Assembly: GCA_041651035.1 (NCBI GenBank)
Contig: JBAZKC010000003.1
Location: 133,153 to 197,152, forward strand
DNA from: Candidatus Omnitrophota bacterium
Lineage (GTDB): Bacteria; Omnitrophota; Gorgyraeia; Gygaellales; Profunditerraquicolaceae
Reading direction: 5' to 3'
Length of the DNA stretch: 64,000 bases
Shown: positions 9,246 to 19,247 of the stretch, one piece after another
Layout: every line of letters begins with the position of its first letter
How positions within the stretch are numbered: the stretch's first letter is position 1
Notes under the pieces: generated by a model
Database searches by the model: none
The model's input: the letters and a program-made list of their open reading frames with translations, nothing else
What the model was told of the DNA's origin: nothing
Position numbers and translations under genes: made by a program

Positions 9246-11339
9246 ATGCAAGATAGTATTCTAAAGGTAAAGTTTGGAAAACAGGATTTGATTTTAGGAA
9301 CAGGGACCATAGCCAAGCAGGCGAATGGTTCGGTTACTGTGCAGTACGGCGGGACTGTGGTCCTGGTAACTGCCTGTATGTCTAAGGAAACCAGGGAGGG
9401 CATAAGCTTTTTCCCTCTAACTGTGGAATATCAGGAAAAGACCTATGCCGCAGGCAGGATCCCGGGAGGTTTCTTCAAGAGAGAAGGAAGGCCTTCTGAG
9501 AACGAGATATTAACCGCCAGGCTTATTGACCGGCCCATCCGGCCGCTGTTTCCTAAAGGTTTGTTAAATGATGTCCAGGTTATGGCGATTGTTTTGTCAA
9601 GTGACGGGGAAAATGACCCGGACATCTTAGCCGTAATCGGGGCATCAGCAGCATTGTCAATATCCGATATTCCTTTTGACGGCCCTTTGGCCTGCTGCCG
9701 CGTTGCCAGGCTTAATAATGAATTTATTCTTAATCCCACATACGCGGAATTAGAGCTTTCCGATCTGGATGTGGTGGTGGTGGCGAATAAAAAAGGCGTG
9801 GTTATGCTTGAATCCAAGGCCAAAGAGGTACCGGAGGATGTGTATCTGGAAGCGGTAAAATTCGGCTTTGATAATTTACAGGGTATGATCGGGATACAGG
9901 AAGAATTCAAGAAGCTATACGGCAAGGATAAAACCAAGATTGAATATAAAAACATAGATCCGTCATTACAACAGAAGATCGAGGAGTTATCTAAAGACAG
10001 GCTAAAAGAGGTTTATAAGTTAACCAAGAAAGAGGATAGAGAGGAAGAGGTAGCTTTATTATCCAAGGAATTAGAAAAAAAGCTTGTCGAAGAAGGATAT
10101 TCCGCTTCGGATATCAAAACGGGGCTGCAGGAAGTAGAAAAAGCGCAGGTAAGAGGCAAGATATTAAATGAAAATACGCGTACAGATGGCCGAGGATTTA
10201 AAGAGATCAGGCCTATCCAGGCCCGCGTAGGGCTGCTGCCGCGCACGCACGGTTCAAGTTTATTTACCCGCGGGCAAACGCAAAGCCTGGCAGTTACTAC
10301 TTTAGGCACCGGTGATGACGAGCAGTTGGTGGAAGCGCTGGAAGGCCAGAAATACAAAACTTTTATGCTGCATTACAGTTTTCCTCCATTCAGCGTGGGA
10401 GAGACCGCGCCTGTGCGGGGCCCCGGCCGCAGAGAAATAGGGCACGGCGCTTTAGCGGAAAGGGCGCTTCTGGCGATCATGCCCCCCAAGGAAAAATTCC
10501 CTTATACTGTAAGGGTTGTTTCTGAAGTATTGGAATCTAACGGTTCATCCAGCATGGCGACAGTATGCGCTGCCACTTTATCTTTAATGGACGCGGGCGT
10601 ACCGATAAAAGACGCGGTCAGTGGCATTGCTTTGGGCCTGGTTAAAGAAGGCGGGAAAGCAGTTATATTGACGGATATCACCGGCCTGGAGGATCATTTT
10701 GGCGATATGGATTTTAAGGTCGCCGGAACAAAGGCAGGAGTTACAGCCGTTCAATTGGACCTGAAGATAGACGGCATTGACCTGGATCTATTGAGCAAAT
10801 GTTTGCTGCAGGCTAAAGAAGCAAGACTCTTTATTCTGGACAAAATTAACGCGGCCTTAGCGCATCCGCGTGAGCAGTTGTCTTCATATGCCCCGCGCAT
10901 CAGCGTAATTAAGGTTAATCCGGAAAAGATAGGAGAGCTTATCGGGCCGGGCGGCAAGACCATAAAGAAGATCATCGCCCAGACCGGCGCCTCTATAGAT
11001 ATCCAGGACGACGGCAGTGTACTGGTGGCTTCAACCGATGCTGCCAAATCTGAAGAAGCGATAAAGATGATCAAGGCTATAGCTGAAGATGTTGAAGTTG
11101 GCCGTATATATACGGCCAAAGTGAAGCGCATAGTAGCTTTTGGAGCGTTTTGTGAGATCGCGCCCGGAAAAGACGGGCTGGTGCATGTTTCTGAACTGGC
11201 GGAAGGTTTTATAAAGAAGGTAGAGGATGTAGTCAAAATAGGGGATGAAATTAAGGTTAAAGTCACAGGGATAGATGAGTTAGGCAGGATTAACCTGAGC
11301 AGGAAGCAGGCTTTGTTAGAGAAACCCGCGGCTTCCTAA
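9246..11339 (+). CDS. pnp: Polyribonucleotide nucleotidyltransferase (PNPase)
   Basis: Two RNase PH domains, KH and S1 domains; conserved rpsO-pnp linkage. Confidence 0.95.
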   Translation: MQDSILKVKFGKQDLILGTGTIAKQANGSVTVQYGGTVVLVTACMSKETREGISFFPLTVEYQEKTYAAGRIPGGFFKREGRPSENEILTARLIDRPIRPLFPKGLLNDVQVMAIVLSSDGENDPDILAVIGASAALSISDIPFDGPLACCRVARLNNEFILNPTYAELELSDLDVVVVANKKGVVMLESKAKEVPEDVYLEAVKFGFDNLQGMIGIQEEFKKLYGKDKTKIEYKNIDPSLQQKIEELSKDRLKEVYKLTKKEDREEEVALLSKELEKKLVEEGYSASDIKTGLQEVEKAQVRGKILNENTRTDGRGFKEIRPIQARVGLLPRTHGSSLFTRGQTQSLAVTTLGTGDDEQLVEALEGQKYKTFMLHYSFPPFSVGETAPVRGPGRREIGHGALAERALLAIMPPKEKFPYTVRVVSEVLESNGSSSMATVCAATLSLMDAGVPIKDAVSGIALGLVKEGGKAVILTDITGLEDHFGDMDFKVAGTKAGVTAVQLDLKIDGIDLDLLSKCLLQAKEARLFILDKINAALAHPREQLSSYAPRISVIKVNPEKIGELIGPGGKTIKKIIAQTGASIDIQDDGSVLVASTDAAKSEEAIKMIKAIAEDVEVGRIYTAKVKRIVAFGAFCEIAPGKDGLVHVSELAEGFIKKVEDVVKIGDEIKVKVTGIDELGRINLSRKQALLEKPAAS

Positions 11340-11362
11340 GGCAGCGAGCAAGACAGTTATGT

Positions 11363-13546
11363 ATGAAAGAAAGAAGATTAAACGAAGTTCGTGGTGTTAT
11401 CCTGGTCGCGATAGGTTTAATGGTTTTAGCCAGCCTGGTCAGATTTGAACGGCTGGACCTCGCTTTTTATACCTCCCATCCTAATATTCCACCCAAAAAT
11501 CTACTCGGGTTTTTTGGCGCGTATCTCGGCGGAATAATCGTATTTTTATTCGGCAGGTTGTCCAGTTTCCTCGCCCCCTTGCTTATCCTGGTATTAGGAG
11601 TAAGGTTTTTCCGGCAGGAAGCGCCTTATTTGAGTATACCCAGGATATTAGGTATGCTGATATTCCTCTTGTCCTTAAGCTCTCTTATCGGCATGTTTAA
11701 TATAAAGAACGAGAGTATCAGGTTCTATTACGCCGGTTTCCTGGGTGCCGGAATATCTAATTTTATCATTTCGTATTTTAACCGCTTAGGCGGTTTTATC
11801 ATATTTACCACTTTTATGATCTTATCACTAGCGCTGGTTACCGAGATCCTCATTTCTTCTTTATTTATTAATGCCACCGGCAGGGTCAAATCTTTATTAG
11901 TTCCGGTATTTACTTTTAAAAAGAAAGAAAAAGATCTCGCGGTTTGCCCGCCTCCTTTAAAAACAAGGTCTTTGCTGCCTTCGCTAAAACCCAAAGCAGC
12001 CGCGACAGAAGTGCCGCTGGCAAAACCTAAGATTCAGATAGCTCCGTCCGTTATTAAGCAGAATGATACAAGCAACGCAAAGAAAGGCGGGGATAGGCCT
12101 AAGCTTCAAGAGTTAAAGATAGGCGATTATCACCTGCCTGGTTTGGATTTATTGGATTCTCCGCCGCCGTTTGAGGCAAGACAGATCAAAGAAGACCTGG
12201 AAGCTAACGCCAGGATATTAGAAGAGACCCTGGAAGATTTCGGTATTTCCGTCAAGGTTACCGATATTGAGCGCGGCCCGGTAATTACCCGCTACGAACT
12301 TGAACCGGCGCCGGGAGTAAAATTAAACCGCATCGTGGCGTTAAGCGACGATATAGCGCTGAGTATGAAGGCGCAGTCGGTAAGGATCATAGCTCCTATC
12401 CCGGGCAAAGGCAGGGTAGGGGTGGAAGTCCCCAATATGCAGGGCAGCTTTGTATATTTAAAAGAAATATTTTCTTCTAAGCAGTTCCAGGAAGTGGTAT
12501 CCGGATTGATCCTTGCCTTAGGTAAAGATATCGGAGGGCAGCCTGTGGTCGCTGACCTAGATGATATGCCGCATCTTTTGATCGCCGGGACTACAGGTTC
12601 TGGTAAGACGGTATGCGTCAATTCTTTAATACTATCCCTGCTTTTTAAAAGTTCCCCTAACGACCTAAAGTTTTTGATGATTGACCCTAAAATGGTAGAG
12701 CTTATGCCTTTTAACGGCCTGCCGCATCTTTTATGCCCGGTGGTTACCGATGCTAAGAAGGCCTACACCGCGCTTACCTGGGTAGTCGGTGAAATGGAAG
12801 ATCGTTACAAGCTCCTGGCAAAGGCAGGAGCAAGGAACATAGAGGCCTATAATAATAAACAGGAAAAGATCCCTTATATTGTGGTTGTTATTGATGAATT
12901 CGCTGACCTTATGAGTGTCTCCCGCGACCAGATCGAGAACGCGATCACGCGTTTAAGCCAGCTTTCCCGTGCCGTGGGCATACATCTGATATTGGCCACG
13001 CAAAGGCCTTCGGTAGATGTTATTACAGGCGTTATAAAAGCGAATTTACCAGCGCGTATATCTTTTAAAGTCGCCTCCAAAGTGGACTCGCGGACAGTCC
13101 TGGATATGAACGGAGCGGACAAGCTTTTGGGAAAAGGGGATATGTTATTCCTGCGGCCGGGTGAAGAAAAATTGATCCGTATCCAGGGCGCCCTCATCAG
13201 CGATAAAGAAATAGAAAAAGTGGTGAGTTTTATCAAGGAGCAGGGAGAGCCGGTCTACGACGAGGAGATCCTTAAAGAGCAGCAAAAACATCTTGAGTCT
13301 TCGGGGGAAAAAGACGAGCTATATGAGCAGGCAGTCAGGGTTATTATGGAAAGCAATCAGGCGTCGGTATCAATACTGCAGAGGCGTATGCGGTTAGGTT
13401 ATACGCGTGCTGCCCGTATTATAGACACTATGGAACAGGAAGGCCTTGTTGGCTCTTTTGAGGGCAGTAAGCCCCGTAAGATCATGGTGGACAGGGAAGC
13501 CTGGCTTAAGAAAGACTTAGCCGGCGAACAGGAGAAGGGCGGATAA
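11363..13546 (+). CDS. ftsK: DNA translocase FtsK/SpoIIIE
   Basis: N-terminal TM segments, Walker A GTTGSGKT, C-terminal gamma (winged-helix) domain. Confidence 0.9.
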   Translation: MKERRLNEVRGVILVAIGLMVLASLVRFERLDLAFYTSHPNIPPKNLLGFFGAYLGGIIVFLFGRLSSFLAPLLILVLGVRFFRQEAPYLSIPRILGMLIFLLSLSSLIGMFNIKNESIRFYYAGFLGAGISNFIISYFNRLGGFIIFTTFMILSLALVTEILISSLFINATGRVKSLLVPVFTFKKKEKDLAVCPPPLKTRSLLPSLKPKAAATEVPLAKPKIQIAPSVIKQNDTSNAKKGGDRPKLQELKIGDYHLPGLDLLDSPPPFEARQIKEDLEANARILEETLEDFGISVKVTDIERGPVITRYELEPAPGVKLNRIVALSDDIALSMKAQSVRIIAPIPGKGRVGVEVPNMQGSFVYLKEIFSSKQFQEVVSGLILALGKDIGGQPVVADLDDMPHLLIAGTTGSGKTVCVNSLILSLLFKSSPNDLKFLMIDPKMVELMPFNGLPHLLCPVVTDAKKAYTALTWVVGEMEDRYKLLAKAGARNIEAYNNKQEKIPYIVVVIDEFADLMSVSRDQIENAITRLSQLSRAVGIHLILATQRPSVDVITGVIKANLPARISFKVASKVDSRTVLDMNGADKLLGKGDMLFLRPGEEKLIRIQGALISDKEIEKVVSFIKEQGEPVYDEEILKEQQKHLESSGEKDELYEQAVRVIMESNQASVSILQRRMRLGYTRAARIIDTMEQEGLVGSFEGSKPRKIMVDREAWLKKDLAGEQEKGG

Positions 13547-13549
13547 TTT

Positions 13550-14374
13550 ATGGAACCGGCGGGAGCAAAGCTTAAAAAAATACGGCAGGAATTAGGCCTT
13601 AGCCTGGAAGAGATACAGAAGAAGACCAAGATACATTTAAATATCTTAAAGGCTATAGAGGGCGACAGCCTTACTTCCCTAAACCCCATATATTTAAGGA
13701 GTTTCTTGAAGATCTACTGCAAATTCTTAGGGGTTGATCCTCAGGATTATTTAGCTGATTATAAAGAAGGGCAGAGCCAGCATTCCAGCGTTCCCGTGGC
13801 CAAAGATCTTAAACCCGCCGTAGAGAAATTCGACTTCCTTAAAACAACAGGCAAAAAATATAAAAGAGTTTTAGTATTAATTTCAGTGATCGTAATACTG
13901 GCTTTCGGCCTGTATAATTTAGGAAAAGTTATTTCTTCTAAGCGCTGGACGCGTTCACCTAAGGCAGTGCCTGTTTCTGCCGCCGTGGCGGGAAAGAGAG
14001 AAGACAAGAAAGAAATAAAAGTAAAAAAAGCCGGAGTTACGCGGCCAGCAGCCGCTGTTCAGGCAGCGCCTGTTCCGGCAGCCCGTAATACGGCCGTTAA
14101 AAAAGACGCCGGCTCTGGAATAAGGCTGGGGATAAGGGCCCGCGAGAATTGCTGGGTAGATATGAAGGCCGACGGCAGGGTTGTTTTCCGCAGGGTCCTG
14201 GAAAAAGGAAGATTTGAAACCTGGCAGGCAAAAGATAAGATAGAGCTTTCCCTGGGCAATGCCGGAGCTGTAGATTTAGAGGTAAATGGGCAGCATTTCT
14301 CGAATTTAGGCAGAAGGGGCCAGGCGCTCAAGGGGATAGTTATCACTAAAGACGGTTTAAAAGTAGGAAGATGA
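13550..14374 (+). CDS. rodZ: RodZ-like cytoskeleton-associated protein (N-terminal XRE-type HTH, single TM helix, C-terminal DUF4115-like domain)
   Basis: Domain order and the conserved C-terminal block GxxCWVxxxxDG. Confidence 0.55.
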   Translation: MEPAGAKLKKIRQELGLSLEEIQKKTKIHLNILKAIEGDSLTSLNPIYLRSFLKIYCKFLGVDPQDYLADYKEGQSQHSSVPVAKDLKPAVEKFDFLKTTGKKYKRVLVLISVIVILAFGLYNLGKVISSKRWTRSPKAVPVSAAVAGKREDKKEIKVKKAGVTRPAAAVQAAPVPAARNTAVKKDAGSGIRLGIRARENCWVDMKADGRVVFRRVLEKGRFETWQAKDKIELSLGNAGAVDLEVNGQHFSNLGRRGQALKGIVITKDGLKVGR

Positions 14375-15630
14375 GCAATAAAAACAAGGCCAAGGTTGGC
14401 ATATTAAGCTTAGGATGCCCGAGGAACCTGGTGGATTCGGAAAATATCCTGGGCAGGCTCAATTTAAAAGGGTATCCTATTGTTGATATAGGCAAGGCGG
14501 ACTTGGCAATAATTAATACCTGCGCTTTTATAGAAGAGGCGAAGCGCGAGTCGGTTGAGGCGATATTGGATCTAATAAAGTTAAAGAAAGACGGTTCGTT
14601 AAAGAAGATAATAGTTTATGGCTGCCTGCCTCAGCGGTACAGTGATGATTTAAGAAAAGAACTCCCTCAAGTTGACGCTTTCGTGGGAAGGGTCTCCTTA
14701 AACCACGGGCCAAAAAGATTTCCCATAACTCCCGGGCATTACGTTTATCTTAAGATCTGCGAGGGATGCGTAAATAATTGCAGTTTCTGCGTTATCCCGG
14801 GGATAAAAGGCAAGTTTGCCAGCCTGGATATGGATTCCCTGTTGAAAAAAGCAGGTGAGTTTGATAAGGGCGGGGTGTCAGAAATAAATATCATCGGCCA
14901 GGATATTACCGGTTACGGGATAGATTTGTATGGGAGCGCTAAACTTCCAGAGGCCTTAAGTAAGATACTTAAAGCCTCCAAGAATACCGGCTGGTTCAGG
15001 CTGCTTTATTTAAACCCCGTACGTATAACGGATAAGCTGCTTAAGCTTATCCGCGATGAGAAAAGGATCTGTAAATACATTGACCTGCCTATCCAGCATA
15101 TCAATGACCGCATATTAAAATTAATGAATAGGCGTATAAAAAAGTCAGAAATCCTAAGGCTTATTGAGAAAATAAGAAAGATGATCCCCGGAGTTTGCCT
15201 GCGGACTTCGCTTATAACCGGGTTTCCTTCTGAGACAGAGGAGGAATTCAAGGAGCTGTTGAGTTTTATAGAGGAGGTAAGGTTTGAAAGGTTGGGAGCG
15301 TTTGCCTATTCCAGGGAAGAAGGCACTCCGGCCTTTAGTTTTAAGAAACAGATCCCCGGGAAAACCAAGATGAGCCGCCTTGAGCTGATCATGTCGAGCC
15401 AGCAGGAGGTCTCGCGGGATATAAATAAGAAGTTCTTGGGGCAGACTATAGATGTTTTGATCGACGAAAAAGAAGAGGGGCATTATTTGGGCCGCAGCCA
15501 ATGCGATGCCCCGGAGGTAGACGGGGTAGTTTACGTAAATTCGCCTAAAGTATTAAACGCGGGTGATTTCGTAAGAGTAAAAATAACCGATACCTTAGAG
15601 TATGACCTAGTAGGGGAGGCGCAAGAATGA
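14371..15630 (+). CDS. rimO: Ribosomal protein S12 methylthiotransferase RimO (MiaB-family radical SAM)
   Basis: N-terminal LGCPRNLVDSE, radical SAM motif CxxxCxxC (CEGCVNNCSFC), C-terminal TRAM domain. Confidence 0.8.
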   Translation: MSNKNKAKVGILSLGCPRNLVDSENILGRLNLKGYPIVDIGKADLAIINTCAFIEEAKRESVEAILDLIKLKKDGSLKKIIVYGCLPQRYSDDLRKELPQVDAFVGRVSLNHGPKRFPITPGHYVYLKICEGCVNNCSFCVIPGIKGKFASLDMDSLLKKAGEFDKGGVSEINIIGQDITGYGIDLYGSAKLPEALSKILKASKNTGWFRLLYLNPVRITDKLLKLIRDEKRICKYIDLPIQHINDRILKLMNRRIKKSEILRLIEKIRKMIPGVCLRTSLITGFPSETEEEFKELLSFIEEVRFERLGAFAYSREEGTPAFSFKKQIPGKTKMSRLELIMSSQQEVSRDINKKFLGQTIDVLIDEKEEGHYLGRSQCDAPEVDGVVYVNSPKVLNAGDFVRVKITDTLEYDLVGEAQE

Positions 15631-16205
15631 ATATTGCCAATAAATTGACCATATTAAGGATCATCCTTACTTTTATCTTTATGTTCTTTTTATTCTGCCA
15701 CGGCCTCTGGGCTAAGGTCGCGAGTTTAGCTATTTTTATGTTCGCGGCCCTATCGGATTTCCTTGACGGTATGATCGCGCACAAGAGGAACATGGTTACG
15801 GATTTCGGAAGGCTTATGGACCCTATCGCGGATAAGATCCTGGTATTGGCGGCATTCGCCGCGTTTGTCCAGATGCAGCTGATCGACGCCTGGATGTTCG
15901 TGATCATTGTGTCCCGTGAAATATTGATTACTTCTTTACGTTTGTTTGCGCTTAACCGGGGCAAGGTTTTGTCAGCGACACGGGCGGGGAAACATAAGAC
16001 CGTATCTCAAATGCTGGTTATATTCTCTATCCTGGGCTTTATTGTGGCAAAAGAGGTGATGTTGACCTGCTTTACCTGGAATCCCGCCTGGGAAAAGTTT
16101 TTCCGCCAGGGGATCTATTTTCTCATGCTGCTTACTGTCGGGCTTACTCTTTATTCAGGGTTATCCTATCTTTGGGAAAACCGCAAGATAATCTCTAGGT
16201 TTTAG
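15627..16205 (+). CDS. pgsA: CDP-diacylglycerol--glycerol-3-phosphate 3-phosphatidyltransferase
   Basis: CDP-alcohol phosphatidyltransferase motif DxxDGxxAR...GxxxDPxADK. Confidence 0.85.
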   Translation: MNIANKLTILRIILTFIFMFFLFCHGLWAKVASLAIFMFAALSDFLDGMIAHKRNMVTDFGRLMDPIADKILVLAAFAAFVQMQLIDAWMFVIIVSREILITSLRLFALNRGKVLSATRAGKHKTVSQMLVIFSILGFIVAKEVMLTCFTWNPAWEKFFRQGIYFLMLLTVGLTLYSGLSYLWENRKIISRF

Positions 16206-16215
16206 GTACCTTTCC

Positions 16216-16683
16216 ATGAATACCCGTAATATTATTATCAAAACCCTAAGCACATTTTTCTATGTCGGTTATCTGCCGTTTATCCCAGGCACCTTTGGCA
16301 GTATGGCCGGCATATTATTGTTCTATTTCATCAGGAACAGCCCGCTTGCCTACGCGTTAACTACTTTATTTTTGATAATCTTAGGGTTCCTGGTTTCCGG
16401 AGAAGCGGAGAAGATATTAAACAAGAAGGACCCGCGGTGTATCGTCATAGATGAGGTTTGCGGGATGCTTTTAGCCCTTATGTTCGTGCCTTACGATATA
16501 AGATTGATTGTTATTGCTTTTGTCCTGTTCCGCATACTTGATTCTTTAAAGCCATTCCCGGCAGGCAGATTACAGGATCTAAAAGGCGGCCCCGGAGTTA
16601 TGCTTGATGATATTGTCGCCGGCCTGTATACAAATCTTATCCTTCAGGCGCTCTTGAGGCTGGCGGTTTTTAAGGTTTCGTAG
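16216..16683 (+). CDS. pgpA: Phosphatidylglycerophosphatase A
   Basis: PgpA signature GTFGS; membrane protein of about 155 aa adjacent to pgsA. Confidence 0.8.
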   Translation: MNTRNIIIKTLSTFFYVGYLPFIPGTFGSMAGILLFYFIRNSPLAYALTTLFLIILGFLVSGEAEKILNKKDPRCIVIDEVCGMLLALMFVPYDIRLIVIAFVLFRILDSLKPFPAGRLQDLKGGPGVMLDDIVAGLYTNLILQALLRLAVFKVS

Positions 16684-17216
16684 ATAGGGCCTTTTGGGGT
16701 AAGCGTGCTCTTAAAAAGGGTGATATTTCCAACAGTAAATTCCCAGTTCTCTCTGCTAAGGTTATTTGCCAGGTTTTCTAAGTCTCCTGCCAGTTTTTCT
16801 TTGTTTAAGAAAGATCTTGTCCTGCCGATAGTGATATGAGAAGAGAAGGGCCGGTCTTCAGCAGGAATACCTATTTTGGAAAATTCTTCTTCCAGGTCTT
16901 TCGCTATTCCTTTGGTCTCGTTGTCCCCCTTATCAATACCCATCCAGATCACCCGGGGAAGTTTTATTTCCGGGAACGCGCCAAGAGAAGAAACGCGTAT
17001 CTTAAAAGAGCCTTTGTTTTTGGTACAGGCTTCCAGGATCTCATTAATTTTGTTTAACTTGGTATCGTCGATATCCCCTAAGAATTTTAGAGTCAGGTGT
17101 ATGTTTAGAGGAGAGACCCATTTGACATCGGCACCGGATTTCTTTAATTGTTCCTGGATATCGCCTAGCCGGCTTTTAATTTCTTTGGGTAGTTCAATAG
17201 CGACGAATGTTCTCAT
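16644..17216 (-). CDS. thpR: RNA 2',3'-cyclic phosphodiesterase (2H phosphoesterase, LigT/ThpR)
   Basis: Two H-x-T/S-x motifs (HLTLKF..., HITIGR); about 190 aa. Confidence 0.8.
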   Translation of the reverse strand: MRTFVAIELPKEIKSRLGDIQEQLKKSGADVKWVSPLNIHLTLKFLGDIDDTKLNKINEILEACTKNKGSFKIRVSSLGAFPEIKLPRVIWMGIDKGDNETKGIAKDLEEEFSKIGIPAEDRPFSSHITIGRTRSFLNKEKLAGDLENLANNLSRENWEFTVGNITLFKSTLTPKGPIYETLKTASLKSA

Positions 17217-17230
17217 AGATATCTATAGAC

Positions 17231-17299
17231 AGCTTTCCGGCTTTGCGTTCCGCGTGCTGAAAATTTTCTAATGCACGCTTCAGCAAAGCCGCGAAAGCT
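17231..17299. repeat. Intergenic palindromic repeat element, copy 2 of 3
   Basis: Near-identical to 7185-7256; located between the 3' end of the CinA-like gene and the 5' end of thpR (both minus strand). Confidence 0.75.
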
Positions 17300-17307
17300 T
17301 TCTTTTG

Positions 17308-17775
17308 CTATGTTAGCCGCTTTAATAATTCTAGCGCCTTTAAAGCCGCTTTTTTTCTAATGGTTATCCGGTTACCCGTAAAAATGAATTTCCTGCAGAT
17401 TTTATTATCTTTGCTATCTATGGCGATAAAAACCGTGCCTACGGGTTTTCCAGGAGTCGCGCCAGACGGCCCGGCTATGCCGGTTACGCCTATGCCAAAA
17501 TCAGCATTAGCTAATTTTCTTGCCGCCTTAGCCATTCTTTCCGCCACATCTTTAGATACCGCGCCTTTTCTGGCAATGATCCGGCCGGGGATATTCAGGA
17601 TATTTTCTTTTATCTTATTATCATAAGCAACTATCCCTAAGGTAAAATACAGGGAACTGCCGGTTATCCGGGTGAGGAGGCTGGAGGTCAAGCCGCCTGT
17701 GCAGGATTCGGCGATAGAAATGGTCTTTTTGCTCTTTATCAGGATTCTATGTATTTGGCTTACAATAGATTGCAT
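17308..17775 (-). CDS. pncC: CinA C-terminal domain protein / nicotinamide-nucleotide amidohydrolase PncC. Probable start is the ATG at 17775; the ORF-track TTG at 17811 overlaps the rib promoter -35.
   Basis: CinA-C signature AESCTGG; about 155 aa. Confidence 0.7.
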   Translation of the reverse strand: MQSIVSQIHRILIKSKKTISIAESCTGGLTSSLLTRITGSSLYFTLGIVAYDNKIKENILNIPGRIIARKGAVSKDVAERMAKAARKLANADFGIGVTGIAGPSGATPGKPVGTVFIAIDSKDNKICRKFIFTGNRITIRKKAALKALELLKRLT

Positions 17776-17804
17776 AAAAGGTATTATAAATCTTTTTAAA
17801 AATG

Positions 17805-17832
17805 TTGACAAGAGAAAATTATTTGTTATAAT
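17805..17832 (+). promoter_or_regulatory. Strong sigma70 promoter for the rib operon: TTGACA, 16 nt spacer, TGtTATAAT (extended -10)
   Basis: Consensus hexamers; lies directly upstream of the FMN riboswitch. Confidence 0.6.
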
Positions 17833-17839
17833 ATCTTAA

Positions 17840-18004
17840 CCTTCGGGAAAGGGTGTGAGCCCCGACTGGCAGTAAAGCCTGCGAGTGCCTAAATATAGGC
17901 ACAGATACTGTGAGATTCAGTGGCCAATAGTAAAAGTCTAGAAGAGAGAAGGGTGAGGTTAAATTTAAGTATTTATCCCGAAGGTTTGCTTTCGGGATTT
18001 TTTA
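17840..18004 (+). promoter_or_regulatory. FMN riboswitch (RFN element). Aptamer about 17840-17953; expression platform with intrinsic terminator/RBS-sequestering hairpin 17975-17998 plus a U-run.
   Basis: Conserved RFN blocks CTTCGGG-AGGGTG-CCCGAC-GGC-GTAAAGC, GATTCAGT, GCC-A-AGTAAAAGTCT-GA-GAGAAGG. Sits immediately upstream of ribBA. Confidence 0.85.
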
Positions 18005-18006
18005 TT

Positions 18007-19221
18007 ATGAGCGCATTCAATACCATATTAGAGGTTTTAGAGGATTTAAAAAAAGGCAAAATGGTCGTCGTCGTAGACGATGAGGACCGTGAGAACGAAG
18101 GTGATCTGCTGATGGCCGCGTCATTTGTCAAGCCCCAGGATATTAATTTTATGGCCAAGAACGGCCGCGGCCTTATCTGCGTGCCTATGGAAGAAGAGAG
18201 GCTCAAGCACCTGGATCTAGGCCCGATGTTGAAAGACAGGATGCCGCAAGGCCCTGAAGACCCTTTTAAAACCGGATGGATGATATCCGTAGATGCCGCC
18301 CGGGGGGTAACTACCGGTATATCCGCGTATGACCGCGCCCGCACAGTAGAAATTTTAATAAATCCTCAAAGTAGGCCCGAAGATCTGGTCCGTCCCGGGC
18401 ATATCTTTCCTTTAAGGGCGCGTAAGGGCGGGGTTTTGGTCAGAGCGGGCCACACTGAAGCGGCAATAGACCTGACGCGATTGGCTGGATTATATCCTTC
18501 CGGCCTGATATGTGAGATCATGGATGAGGATGGCACGATGGCGCGCCTGCCGCAGCTGATCGAGTTTTCTAAGCGGCATTCCCTTAAGATCTGCAGTATC
18601 ACCAGCCTTATTGAGTACCGCAGGCGTTCCGAAAAGTTAATAGAGAGGGTAACCGATACCGAACTTCCCACGGAATACGGCAGGTACAAATTAATCCTCT
18701 ACCGTGACTTAACCAATAATAAGATCCATGTCGCGCTGGTTATGGGAGAATTAGATAATAGTGCGGCGCTTGTGCGCGTACATTCTGAATGTCTGACAGG
18801 CGATGTCTTCGGCTCTCTGCGCTGCGACTGCGGCCGGCAATTACATAACGCTATGCAGATTATCGCCAAAGAGAAGAGAGGCGTTATCCTTTATATGAAT
18901 CAGGAGGGCCGCGGTATAGGCCTGACGGATAAGATCCGGGCCTATAGCCTGCAAGATAAGGGGTTAGATACGGTGGAGGCGAATGAGGCCTTGGGGCATA
19001 GGGCTGATTTAAGGGATTACGGGATAGGAGCGCAGATCTTGGCGGACCTGGGCTTAAAGAATATCAGGCTGCTTACAAATAATCCCCGTAAGATAGTAGG
19101 CTTGGAAGGCTATGGCCTTACGGTCATAGAACGCGTTCCTTTGGAGATCGAGCCGAACGACATAAATTACAAATATCTTAAGACGAAAAAAGAAAAATTA
19201 GGGCATGATTTAAAATTATAA
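18007..19221 (+). CDS. ribBA: Bifunctional 3,4-dihydroxy-2-butanone-4-phosphate synthase / GTP cyclohydrolase II. The true start is the ATG at 18007 after the riboswitch; the ORF-track start at 17920 lies inside the riboswitch.
   Basis: RibB N-terminal domain ([14 protein letters not shown]) and RibA C-terminal domain (CxCxxxxC zinc site [11 protein letters not shown]). Confidence 0.9.
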   Translation: MSAFNTILEVLEDLKKGKMVVVVDDEDRENEGDLLMAASFVKPQDINFMAKNGRGLICVPMEEERLKHLDLGPMLKDRMPQGPEDPFKTGWMISVDAARGVTTGISAYDRARTVEILINPQSRPEDLVRPGHIFPLRARKGGVLVRAGHTEAAIDLTRLAGLYPSGLICEIMDEDGTMARLPQLIEFSKRHSLKICSITSLIEYRRRSEKLIERVTDTELPTEYGRYKLILYRDLTNNKIHVALVMGELDNSAALVRVHSECLTGDVFGSLRCDCGRQLHNAMQIIAKEKRGVILYMNQEGRGIGLTDKIRAYSLQDKGLDTVEANEALGHRADLRDYGIGAQILADLGLKNIRLLTNNPRKIVGLEGYGLTVIERVPLEIEPNDINYKYLKTKKEKLGHDLKL

Positions 19222-19247
19222 ACAGTCCCTAAAACAAGGAGGACAAG

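Noticed and set aside
9443-9955. Minus-strand ORFs of 100-190 aa inside pnp, ftsK, addA, addB, ileS and others (e.g. 9443-9955, 10751-11266, 2689-3066, 51673-52143)
   Set aside because: All are antisense to strongly supported housekeeping genes, compositionally biased, and lack RBS or motifs. Treated as non-coding shadows.
16836-17271. Two plus-strand ORFs (73 and 131 aa) overlapping thpR and repeat copy 2
   Set aside because: Antisense to thpR, and the second is partly translated from the palindromic repeat. No motifs.
17920-18006. N-terminal extension of ribBA proposed by the ORF track (start 17920)
   Set aside because: The extension is a translation of the FMN riboswitch aptamer and terminator. 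The conserved RibB N-terminus begins at the ATG at 18007.
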